64,000 nt of DNA from Amoebophrya sp. A120 (Eukaryota; Protista; Dinoflagellata): contig CAJINV010000006.1 of the NCBI GenBank assembly GCA_905178155.1, forward strand, positions 3,630,169 to 3,694,168. Reading direction: 5' to 3'. Within the stretch, counting starts at the first letter, position 1. Each line of letters begins with the position of its first letter. Below the pieces are notes generated by a model that did not search any database, was not told the DNA's origin, and saw nothing but the letters and a program-made list of their open reading frames with translations. Shown piece by piece: positions 1 through 10,019 of this stretch. Position numbers and translations under genes: made by a program.

Positions 1-3000
1 TCGCGTAGGTCCGCTGTTCTGACGGCTGGAACGACGAAAATGGAGAGAGCAAGAAGGAGAGCTGATGCAGCGAGGAATCCTTGGAAGTAGGCGGAAGTAG
101 TGCTAGTTGTGGTTGAAAGACGAGGGTTGACGATATGAGCCTCGAAGAGGATGAAGAAAACGACCACCAACACAAGGACGAAGATGCTAGCCAAACCGGT
201 TTTTCCTTTCCAGCACACCGGCGTGTAGTTACATGCTGGCAGCCGTGTTCTAGCCGCCATCAAATTGGTGTAGTCATCATCGTCCCCCCCGTTCAGCGGC
301 AAGAGCAAAAGTCTCTGCTCCCGCAGCGGTGCAATTTCATCACGTGCTGGTTGCCATGGGCGGGATTGGAACAACTCATCCTCGTAGTGCTGATCAAATA
401 CTTCTAGTCCTGCCTCGTCATGATCCTCTTCGTCGCCAATGTCCAAGTCTTTTGTCCTACTTTTGAAACCACGATCAGAGGCAGAGGAAGGGCCGTTTTT
501 CTGCGTCAGCAAGGTTTGCACAAAGGTGGAAATGTACATGTGTTGAGCAGTAGACGATGTAGCCAACGTCGATGGTCCTGCTGAAAAATCTTGCTTGTGT
601 TGCGCCGACGGCTCAACAACAATGTCAAGCTGCTGTCTGCGATGAAATTCGCTGGCATCCCCAAAGCGAGAAGCTCCGGCTCCTGAAGATTTCGTTCTCG
701 CGCTGTTCGTCTTCCTAGTCTTGATACTACTTTCCAAAACCCGCAGCGACACCACATCGCAGACACTCGCGGTTTCCTGCAACCAATAGAACGCTCGCCA
801 TTGCTGGAGCAACACCGTGGACGCTGCGATTATGAGGAGCAGGCAGGAAAATCGCACGGAGAATTTCGCAGAGAGCTGTCGTTGCTCGAATTCACTGTCG
901 CCGTAATTATCAACCAGGACATCGAGGAAAAGAAACCCAACAGCACCGAAAATCGCAATCGAAAATCCAACCACCCCGGCCTTCCCGTACCAACGGACTG
1001 GCTTTGCAACGGTTTGTGCGTAGATTCCGAAGAACTCGCGTAAAACCTGCTGTGGTGAATGATCTGCACCATTGCCGCTTGTTTTCTGGTACTGGTGTTG
1101 CTGCAGCGTTGTAGTTGTTCCAAGCCGTGGAAGTTCGATAGCGAAGGGTGACAGCTGCTTTTCCAGAATTCTCTCGCGCTGCTGCTGAAAAGAATTGGTC
1201 TTTGATGCCGAAGCGGAATCGACATGAGCAGCTTCTACTTGTTCTCTCCCAGTCAATTTTTGCTCTCGAAGACGTTGAAGTAGCTGGTCTTCTGGTCCTA
1301 CTTGTAGTTGTGCGTGCCGCCGCAGCGCACCCTCTTCATCTTCCAGCGCCAAAAAATCATCTCCCTCAGCCACCGAACGAATCTGGTCTGCTTTCGCAGC
1401 AATGACCTCTTTCATTCGCAGGAGATTGGCCGAAGTGGTGAACCGCACGTCAGACTCGTGAATGCTAGGCGGGACCACGACGTGATCGACGGAGGGTGCT
1501 GCAGTATAATCCCGTCCCTCTACAACTGCAGGAGCCAAAGGAACCGAAGATGGAACTTGCGGTTGCTGTGATGTTCTGGTCGACGCAGCCTTGTTCCGCG
1601 TTAGTTGTTTCTCCGGCGACGACGTCGACGCGCCAGCTGCGTCGGACTTCGTGTTGCGGGCTGCGTCATTCGACTTCACTTTTTTCCTGTCGTTCCCCAT
1701 ACTTCCTTCACGTTCACCACGATGTGCTGTGCGATTTAGCAGGTTGCCGCGTGGTGCAGGTTCTTGTTTTCCCGCGCCCTGTTGCAGCAATTCCGCATAC
1801 ATCAACTTCCGCCTTGCGTAGTACTCCTCTCTCGACATGCCCCGCAACGAATACGTACTGGAAGCCGCGGAGGATTTGCTGCCGGCTAATATTCCGCCAG
1901 GACCACCAGGAGGTGGCACGCTTGCAGTTCTCCTGCTCTTGCCTTCGCGGAGGACAGATGAAAAGTCTTCACTTGCAGCGAGATGAGGCTCTAGTAGTAC
2001 TCTTTGGTCTCGTGATGTTAGGCCCATGGGTCTTGATCTTTTCTTCATCTTCATACCGTCGTGGTCGTGACGTGCAGCCTGCTCTACAACCTGCAGCACA
2101 GATTCCTGATGATCCTGCTCGTACTCACTTCTCCTCTGCCGCGACGCCTTCGTTCTCCCACCATGAAGATCTGCGGACGATGTGCTCCTCGTGGATCTCT
2201 CAGTTTTAGCATGAGCTGCTGCTGCAAATGTACTGCTAGTGATCCTCCTGTTCGATCTTTCAAAGCGTGGATCTAGTTTAAACGTCCTGCGAGTTGCGGC
2301 GGCCTGCTGAAACTGGTCTTGATTTTGTTCGGGCCCCCGCAGCTTTTCGTCCCGTTGGTCCTCGTCAAATATGCGTCTGGCTCTGGTAGTTTTGTTCTGC
2401 CGTTCTATTAGTGGGGGCATGTTGGTGTCAGTTTCGCGGGCGCGAGGACTTACATCCACTCTGATCCTGCTGTTACGGCTCCGATCAACATGCTGTCGAC
2501 GTGTCACTGCACCATCTGCGCTGTGAGTCGAAGGCACTGAAGAAGACACGTGAAAGCGCCGCTCTTGCCATTTAGTCGCTCTTCCTTCGCGCGACTTCTT
2601 TGTAGGGGACCAGCTGCGAGGGCTTCTGGTGTGCACTCTAGCACTCGTTGTAGCACCTCGGCGTCGCTGACGCTGTTGATTGAATCCTGCAACGCTGTTT
2701 TTCAGAGAGGAAGCGGAAGCACTAGCTGCTACCGCTCGATTTTTTTTTCCTTTCGCCCCGTCAGAACCAGAAGTCGGACGGAAGTTGTAGGTCAAAGGTG
2801 GAGCTCGGTCTTCAGGCGGACTTCGTAGCAGGCTAGCATCCACAGTAGATGATCTCGTCCCGAGTTCATCTTGCCGGCTGCTACTCAGTGTCGTTCTGTT
2901 TTCTGCCGCGTCGATATCCTGGTCAAAATCATCTCCAGCTGTTTCTACGAACGAGTTTTCAAAGTAGTCCGACTGCTGCTGCGAAGCCAAGTCTACTCGC

Positions 3001-6000
3001 CGGAAAAAACTATTCGAGTGTTGTTTTTGATTCAGTAGTTGTCTTTTCTTCATTTGTGCTGTAGTATAAGATGGCTTTCGTTGCGGTTGTCTGAAAAATT
3101 CCGCTTCACCGTTCCTAGCGGACGCGGAGGTGCTGGGTAAAGCGCTAATATCTTCTTCCAGAGATGAGTGCGGCTTTGCAACAAGAGCCACAGACGTCGC
3201 CGTCATTTTTGCAGGGGGTGGTGGGATTGGAGCACCGCTGATCTTCGAAAAATTCAGTTGAAGAACTTGAGCCCCTAGAGAAGACGCGCTCGAAGAGAAC
3301 GCTGACGAAGAACTACTTCCAGTCCTCTGATGTTCCTTCTGCTCGTTCTCTGGATAAAAGCTGAAGGGCAGTGGAAAAAACGCTGGCACATGGCGGTCAC
3401 GGGGAGGCTCTTCTTGCTGTTCTGCACCTACACTTAGCACAACAGGCTGCATCATCTTCGGGCCGGAGTGCTCCCCGGCGTCACTCGTAGTTCTGGGTCG
3501 TTTGATCAAAGGCGACACGTTGGTGCTCGGACTGCGGATTCGCAGCACCGTCGCAAGAGAAGCAGTTTCTTGCCCATTATTCTCATGCAGCGCAGCAACA
3601 GAGATTCGATTCCCACGACTAGATTCCGGGGGCGGTTCTAATTCGTCTCCTGGAAATAAAGCTCCTCCGTCTACTTCGTTCCTTCGGAGGTGAGAGACGT
3701 CTTCTGGTCGTGTAGCCGCTGATGCGGTGGCGAGAGTTTCAGATTTCTTTGCCTCATTTTCCGTCGGAGGTGCACCCTGCAACGGTGGCGCGGAAAGTAG
3801 AAATTTTTGCTTCATCCCCTCCACGCCCGGTGTTGTTTGTTTCGGAAGATGATCCGCACTCCTTGCAGCGTTGGGTTGCGGCTTCGGTCCTGGCGTTTCC
3901 TCATCTTCACTATCGTTCTCCAGCATATCTAGCAAGACTTGCGCCGGGCGGCGGGATGAAGAAGAATTTGATGCTGCAGGAGCAGCTGCAGTTTCTGACT
4001 CAACTTGCTCCTGGCGTTGTATAGTTTCTTTCGAAGCAGAGTAAGTTCTTGCTCCACCGCCCAGACTATCTCCACCCGCTTTTGGCACCCGCTGCAGCAT
4101 GCTCAGCGACGACTGCTCCAACAAGGCTGCGACGCGGGCTTTCCGCTCTTGCTCTGATAAAGTTGCCAAGGACTTCGAAAAAGGTTCCTGCACGACACCG
4201 GCTGCAGCTGCACGGGTCGAGATTGTATGTGTATCTCGTTCCTCGGCAGCGCTTGTAACTCCCGGTGGTGTAGCATTTCCTCTAGCTACTGTCGCTGCTG
4301 GAAGGTAATCTTTCAGTTGCAGCTCTCGTTGATTTGCGGATTGCGCAGCGACGGCGATAGGAGGACTACTCGCGTTTCCGACCGAATCTGTCGTCGATTG
4401 CACCGGGAGCTGCAGCCCTGGAACCTCTACTTTCTGCTCCTTCACAAGATCGGCCATCGTCTTGCTCATCCCCTGCTCAACTACATCGGATACAGCAGGA
4501 AGCGGCTGCCTTCCCCCGGTGGTGGTGGAAGACTCTTCGTTCACCTTCGCATTCTCGCCTGAGAAGATCCTCGGAGTCACCGCGCTAGCCGACGCCGCGT
4601 TCAGAAGATTGCGCGTGAAGTTGAGAAGGGGAGGCGACTTTTTATTCGGCAGGACCGCAGTCGACGACGTCTCAGCACTCGTATTAGGCGCTGATGCGGA
4701 TGACGAGAGTCCTTGACCTCCAGGCGGTACGACGAAGTTCATGTTACTTTTCCCCACGGAGGCGCTGGCGTCGATTTCGCTGTTGTTATTTCTGCCGTCG
4801 AGTTGTACTCCATCACTTTTCGGACGAGCACCAGCGACTTGTGCCTGCTGTAAATGCCAATCTCCAGTCGACGATAAACTCTTCTCGTACTCAAACTTCA
4901 GTGCCCAGATATCAACCGGGTCTTCCTCCAACGAAGTTGTAGACGCAGATGAAGTCTTCTTTTGCTCGTGAGGATGTTGCGCCGCACTCGGAGTTGCAGC
5001 AGCAGCTCCTCCTCGCGCGCTAGAAGTGCGAATGCGTTTTTCGTTCTTATTTGTTTCATCTTCCACACTGCTGGCGCCAAACTTTTCCAGCTCCGAGTCT
5101 ACTTCTTCTTCATCAATTGCATCTTCAAAAACCAAGTCTGGGATCTTTTCGAAGGTTTTCCTACTAGAACAATCGACGATGTTCTTGGAGATCGAGATGG
5201 TGTTCGTCGTCTTCAAGTCGGAAGTCGCACTAGGCGAGGACCAAGCTTGTTTTCCTTCGTTTTTCTTCTTGGAACTCCCGTACAGAAAGTCCTCATACGG
5301 GTTTTCCCAGTTCGAAGCGTCTTCTTCAGAGACCTCCTCTAGTTGTCGTTCGGAACGAGTTATTCGATCTGAATCTTCATCTGCATGATCTGGCTGTTGT
5401 TGTGGTATCGCGGTACCGTCGGTGGTGCTTTTTCGATTGGTTTTCTGATCTTGATCATTTGCTGCAAATGCAGTTTCTTCGTAGTTGTAAAAATCTTCTT
5501 CCTGGTAGTAGTTCGAGTTGTCGTAATCCTGATTCTCCCAATCGTAATCCTCGTTCTTCCAATCGTCTTCAGCCCAATCGTGACCTTCAGTGGCTGGCGG
5601 CCAATCTTCGCTCCAGCCAACGTCTTCCTCAACGTCGATGATGTGATCCTGATTTTTGGAATGTCCATTTTCATCTTCCGCCTCGTCTACCACATCGTCT
5701 CTACTTCCACCCCAGAATTCCTCTTCCTCGCCTTCAAATCCGCTACAGTTCAACTTTTCCCACGGATTCGCGTAAATCCCGCTCGGACTGGCATCGAATG
5801 TCGTATCAGCAGGAGCGAACAAATCGTGGCTGTTACTCTGCGCTGCTGTATTCTTAGTTGTTCCCGTCCTGCCAGCACTAGGAGGAACTGACACCGAATC
5901 TGGTCCTGCTCCATTGTCCGCAGGACGCGCTGATCCTCTTTTACCCTCTCCTCCTGACGTTTCCCTTCTTCCACCGAAGCTTTTCTTCTGCTTCGACAAA

Positions 6001-6626
6001 TGATCCCTGTAATTCGCAGGAAGTCCGGTGAAAATGAAGTTCACGTCCTTCTTTGGCACATCTACAAGCTCATGTCCAACCTGGTCTGCTTGCTGCTCTT
6101 TGTCTTTAGTCGCATCAGATATACCACCCCGCCTGTCGTGTGCTGACGAAGAACTACTACTGGATGATGTGGCAGAAGACGCGGAAGATGAACTAGACGA
6201 ACTTGATGTCTTCGAAGACGCAGGTATGGTGAACGTCACGCGCTTTGTCGTGTTCTGTTGGGAAGAGTAAGGCTGCAAAGTGCTGGAGCGACCAGGTTGC
6301 TGTGGTGAGTGATGAAATTTTGCGTCGTGGTGCGATTCGTCGTGCTGCTTATCTTTCTTTTTTCCCAGCACTTCTGGGCGGAGAAGAAAACCGGAGTTCG
6401 AGTTGCTGCTGTTCACATGATCATGCTCGAAATTCACATGATTTCGCTTCGGTATGTCGTCCCAGGATTCAACGTCGTCAGGAAGTGGGTCGTCAGCACG
6501 TGGTCGTGCGTGTGGCCGCTCCGTCGTGGAAGTTTCAGAAGCGGGCTTCAGCAGAGAAAACCCTCGCCGGCGCGTCTCGGAGCCGTAGGCAGGAGGCGCG
6601 AAGGCGGAGGAGGACGAGGTAGGCAT
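1..6626 (-). CDS. Giant intronless low-complexity protein (>2200 aa) with transmembrane segments; 3' end lies outside the window
   Basis: ATG at 6626 (MPTSSSSAFAPP...). The same frame reads as protein wherever sampled (WENQDYDNSNYYQEED; GVVGFSIAIFGAVGFLFL; GLASIFVLVLVVVFFILF). The ORF track lists no terminated minus ORF in this frame, consistent with an ORF running off the edge. I did not check every codon. Confidence 0.75.
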   Translation of the reverse strand, partial: MPTSSSSAFAPPAYGSETRRRGFSLLKPASETSTTERPHARPRADDPLPDDVESWDDIPKRNHVNFEHDHVNSSNSNSGFLLRPEVLGKKKDKQHDESHHDAKFHHSPQQPGRSSTLQPYSSQQNTTKRVTFTIPASSKTSSSSSSSSASSATSSSSSSSSAHDRRGGISDATKDKEQQADQVGHELVDVPKKDVNFIFTGLPANYRDHLSKQKKSFGGRRETSGGEGKRGSARPADNGAGPDSVSVPPSAGRTGTTKNTAAQSNSHDLFAPADTTFDASPSGIYANPWEKLNCSGFEGEEEEFWGGSRDDVVDEAEDENGHSKNQDHIIDVEEDVGWSEDWPPATEGHDWAEDDWKNEDYDWENQDYDNSNYYQEEDFYNYEETAFAANDQDQKTNRKSTTDGTAIPQQQPDHADEDSDRITRSERQLEEVSEEDASNWENPYEDFLYGSSKKKNEGKQAWSSPSATSDLKTTNTISISKNIVDCSSRKTFEKIPDLVFEDAIDEEEVDSELEKFGASSVEDETNKNEKRIRTSSARGGAAAATPSAAQHPHEQKKTSSASTTSLEEDPVDIWALKFEYEKSLSSTGDWHLQQAQVAGARPKSDGVQLDGRNNNSEIDASASVGKSNMNFVVPPGGQGLSSSASAPNTSAETSSTAVLPNKKSPPLLNFTRNLLNAASASAVTPRIFSGENAKVNEESSTTTGGRQPLPAVSDVVEQGMSKTMADLVKEQKVEVPGLQLPVQSTTDSVGNASSPPIAVAAQSANQRELQLKDYLPAATVARGNATPPGVTSAAEERDTHTISTRAAAAGVVQEPFSKSLATLSEQERKARVAALLEQSSLSMLQRVPKAGGDSLGGGARTYSASKETIQRQEQVESETAAAPAASNSSSSRRPAQVLLDMLENDSEDEETPGPKPQPNAARSADHLPKQTTPGVEGMKQKFLLSAPPLQGAPPTENEAKKSETLATASAATRPEDVSHLRRNEVDGGALFPGDELEPPPESSRGNRISVAALHENNGQETASLATVLRIRSPSTNVSPLIKRPRTTSDAGEHSGPKMMQPVVLSVGAEQQEEPPRDRHVPAFFPLPFSFYPENEQKEHQRTGSSSSSAFSSSASSLGAQVLQLNFSKISGAPIPPPPAKMTATSVALVAKPHSSLEEDISALPSTSASARNGEAEFFRQPQRKPSYTTAQMKKRQLLNQKQHSNSFFRRVDLASQQQSDYFENSFVETAGDDFDQDIDAAENRTTLSSSRQDELGTRSSTVDASLLRSPPEDRAPPLTYNFRPTSGSDGAKGKKNRAVAASASASSLKNSVAGFNQQRQRRRGATTSARVHTRSPRSWSPTKKSREGRATKWQERRFHVSSSVPSTHSADGAVTRRQHVDRSRNSRIRVDVSPRARETDTNMPPLIERQNKTTRARRIFDEDQRDEKLRGPEQNQDQFQQAAATRRTFKLDPRFERSNRRITSSTFAAAAHAKTERSTRSTSSADLHGGRTKASRQRRSEYEQDHQESVLQVVEQAARHDHDGMKMKKRSRPMGLTSRDQRVLLEPHLAASEDFSSVLREGKSRRTASVPPPGGPGGILAGSKSSAASSTYSLRGMSREEYYARRKLMYAELLQQGAGKQEPAPRGNLLNRTAHRGEREGSMGNDRKKVKSNDAARNTKSDAAGASTSSPEKQLTRNKAASTRTSQQPQVPSSVPLAPAVVEGRDYTAAPSVDHVVVPPSIHESDVRFTTSANLLRMKEVIAAKADQIRSVAEGDDFLALEDEEGALRRHAQLQVGPEDQLLQRLREQKLTGREQVEAAHVDSASASKTNSFQQQRERILEKQLSPFAIELPRLGTTTTLQQHQYQKTSGNGADHSPQQVLREFFGIYAQTVAKPVRWYGKAGVVGFSIAIFGAVGFLFLDVLVDNYGDSEFEQRQLSAKFSVRFSCLLLIIAASTVLLQQWRAFYWLQETASVCDVVSLRVLESSIKTRKTNSARTKSSGAGASRFGDASEFHRRQQLDIVVEPSAQHKQDFSAGPSTLATSSTAQHMYISTFVQTLLTQKNGPSSASDRGFKSRTKDLDIGDEEDHDEAGLEVFDQHYEDELFQSRPWQPARDEIAPLREQRLLLLPLNGGDDDDYTNLMAARTRLPACNYTPVCWKGKTGLASIFVLVLVVVFFILFEAHIVNPRLSTTTSTTSAYFQGFLAASALLLALSIFVVPAVRTADLR

Positions 6627-9600
6627 TGTACTTAAGGTTGAAAGCAGGATACTTCTAGAACGTGCATCAACTCCATCGATTCATGGTGTCAACGACATGA
6701 TCGACAGTGTTTTGTTACTGTAATCAGATAATGCATTCTTTCCTTGCTGAGAAGACATCACACGACTCCTAGTGCAAGTCTCGATATAGAAGTGTTAATT
6801 ATGGCAAGTACGTGCTACTACTAAAGCATTCTATTCATTCTACTGATACCTCCAAGGGCGATCGTCTTACGAGCAGCATAACATATGAGTTTAAAAATCT
6901 TCGAATCCTTACCACCCCCTCAATCACCATCGCCAAGAACTTCGACATGAATCTTCAACGAACGATAACGATAACGATTGGTCGAGACTACACGATCTGA
7001 AAACGATAGCGATTGACTCTCCACCGCTGGTGAAGATGATGCAGAAGCGGGCCGTCGACCTCCACTAACGATCATCACGATAATACCCAAGACAAGGAGG
7101 CCAACGAGTACGGCACAAAATTAGAACAGGAAGAGGCCTCGCCCTACTTCGAGTAGAAGCTATTTTGACAATGTGTGCGATAAATCCGAGGAGATGCAGA
7201 CAGCCACAACGATGGATAACAGGAAAAAGAAGCAGCAACTGCAGGCCGACATGCAGCCAGGCGACACAAGAAGCGCCGCTTCAGGTGGCCTGGCGACGGG
7301 GACGAGAAGAGAAACGCTCACCACAATGCCCTGATGAGGACCGGACAAGCGCAAAATCACAACCATCCCACAACCAAACGCAGAATGAACAGACAATGCC
7401 TTTTCGGAGGCAATAGGACTGCGCGCGCACGGCTTCCGAACGGAACTGTTCCATCCAGGAGGCGGCGGCGGCCAAGGCGCCAACAATACAGAGAGCGAAG
7501 CACCGCGAGGGGAAACACGGGACCCGGGGGCGCGACGCCCCATGCAAACACACGAACGCACGATCGAGCACGACCGGCAGTAGCCTCACTTCGACGCCGG
7601 GGGGGCCCCCCGGCCGCCAAAAGGTGGGCGGCGCGGAGAAAATGCGCACAATTTTGCAGCAGGGCATCGAGAAACAGGCTGCGCGGCAACTCGGTCGGGG
7701 GCACCACGGAGGCGGGCCGATGGCCCCCCTATAAATTTTTCAACCGGGCCGCCCCCCCCGGCAGCAGCCAAGCGGCCCACGCAGGCACCGCGCGGGGGCC
7801 CGGCCGAAGCAAAATTAACACACGACCCACCCGACAAACGCGGCCGGCGGCGCGGGGGGGGGCGTGCTGAGGCGTGGCTGGGTGCCCCTCGCTCTGTCTG
7901 CGTGCCGGCCGGCCGGCCGCCCGGCGGGCCAGCCTACTGCCGGGCCGGCAGGGCAAACACAGGGCAGACGCCAAGGAAGGGGGGCGCCCCAGGCAGGATG
8001 GCCCGGGCAGGCGGGGCCTGCTCGGGTCGGTCGGGCGGGCGGGCGGCCTTTCCTCGGCCGGCCCGCAAGGAGTTGGCGAGCGGCGCGGGCACTCCCGGCG
8101 ACCACGCGCGCCCTTCTTCAGCTGCGTCAGCGCAGGAGCGAGGTTGCGCCGGCCGCGGCTCGCCCTCAAGGCTTTTTCGTACGCAGGTGCGGAGACAGAG
8201 CGTTGGAGCGCTCGTAGCTGTACCGCGACAGTTTACCGCGGCACCCCTGGACTCCTCTGATAAATCGGGTGAAAGCCGACACGTCAGGGGCCAAGAGATT
8301 GCGCATGGGTACCGGCGAACCCGACACGAAGAACGCCTCGAGTAATTCCGAATGGACCCTGGGCCATGGCTGCAGGCGCGCCCCCCCCCCGCTGCGGCGC
8401 GGAGCCGGTGGAAAGATTTGCGCAGCCGGGGCCGGGCCGGCGGGCGGGGCCGGCGCGCCACACCTCCGGCGGGGGCCGTCGCACGCCGCCCGCCTGCCTT
8501 CGGAGTCGGCGGAACCAGCCGGGTCAGGCGCGAAGCGGAAAGCGGTACCCGCTTCATCTTCCTCGGCCAAACCGAAGCGAGCACCTCAGAACACAGCGGG
8601 CGGGCCGCGACCGTTTTGGCGCGGCTCCGCGGGGAGGGTGCCCCGCCCGCAGCCAGCCCAGGCAGGGAGGGGGGGCCGGCCATCGGCGGCCATCCACAAG
8701 CGCCGCGCATTCCCTCCGCCTGTGCCTCTTCGCCTTGCCCCTCAGGAAGACCGACGCGGCCCGCCATTTTCTTCCCCTTTGCTTGTTTACCTGAGAAGCG
8801 CGCCGGGCTCGCGGCTTCCCTGGGCGCCGCGCCGTGCCGCGCCTGACGTCTGCAGGCTGGCACGGGGGGGGCGCCCCCCTTCGCGCTGACTGCAACACTT
8901 CGGAAGGTTCGCGCTCCGGAGCTGGTCGCACCGGTCCAAAACAAGAAGAACAGAACGGCATCTGATATTTCTAGAAGCTGCAAAACTAACACACAAAAGC
9001 GAACAAGAATGAGAATGCGGCAGCTCCCTTCTATATTCTTCATTTACTTGCACTCTATTGTGCCTCAGTGCAATCATCGCATTCGCTGTCAGGAGCAAAC
9101 AACTCCATAACCATATACATTTCTTGATGCCCTGTCAACGTGTAATAGTTGTACCACGTCCTGTGATATCGAAAAAGAGAAAGACTTGAGGATGACGTCT
9201 GCTCTGTGCGGCCATCCTTTCCGATCATGTACATATTCGTGCAGCTGCGACTCCTCGCCCACAGCTGCGTCATGCTCATGTTGCATATTTACGGTCGAGC
9301 AGCGACAGTATAGAAAATATACTAGAACAACAAGAAAGCAAAAGTAGTAAGGGCTCCTCCTGTGTGTGTATCATACAAGTCGTAGGTAAGTAAGTACTAG
9401 TACTAGAGTTAGAGTAAAATAGAGTTAGAGAGGTAGAGGTAGTGCGTCAGTTGGTATTGGTGAGCCGTGTCGGCCATCTTCCTAGCTGTAAACTTTACCT
9501 GGTCCTGGCCATTCTTCGGGCCGCAAGGTTTTCTCAATAGCTTTTTAATACGAGAAAAAATGTTGGAGACGAGCTGCACTTTATCGTAACTTTCGCGGAC

Positions 9601-10019
9601 GTAAGACCTATGAAATTTGTATATTGAAAAGTAAAATCCCAAAGGGAAGTCTGAAAATAAGCAGTGTAGCATAGCGAGCTGTAGCATAGCGAACTATGAA
9701 ATTTGTATAAATCTAATTGATTCTTCACCGCGTGACATCTTTCACTTCCCACCACTTCGTCTTTCTTTTTTTCCAGATCATCTTCAAGTGCAACTACTAG
9801 CATTGGACTGAGAAAGATCCCGAAACGAAGAGCACCGCTCGTTCTATTCTCTAAAAGCTAACTTTCAATAGCATCAATCTCAAATAATTTCTACTGTCAG
9901 AAGTGTCCAGTACAAACGTGAAGTTCAATTCTAATTCATATCAAAGTCTCTGTCTCATCGTGAAGTAGAACGTCTCGAATTCATCAGAATCTCCAAATAA
10001 CCGCCTGCTCCGAATCTGA

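Noticed and set aside
135-6635. Many short plus-strand ORFs
   Set aside because: Antisense shadows of the long minus-strand ORF
7160-9098. Overlapping Arg/Pro/Gly/Ala-rich ORFs up to 369 aa (also 39616-41495 and 43462-44491)
   Set aside because: Expected from stop-codon scarcity in very GC-rich DNA; no recognisable domains
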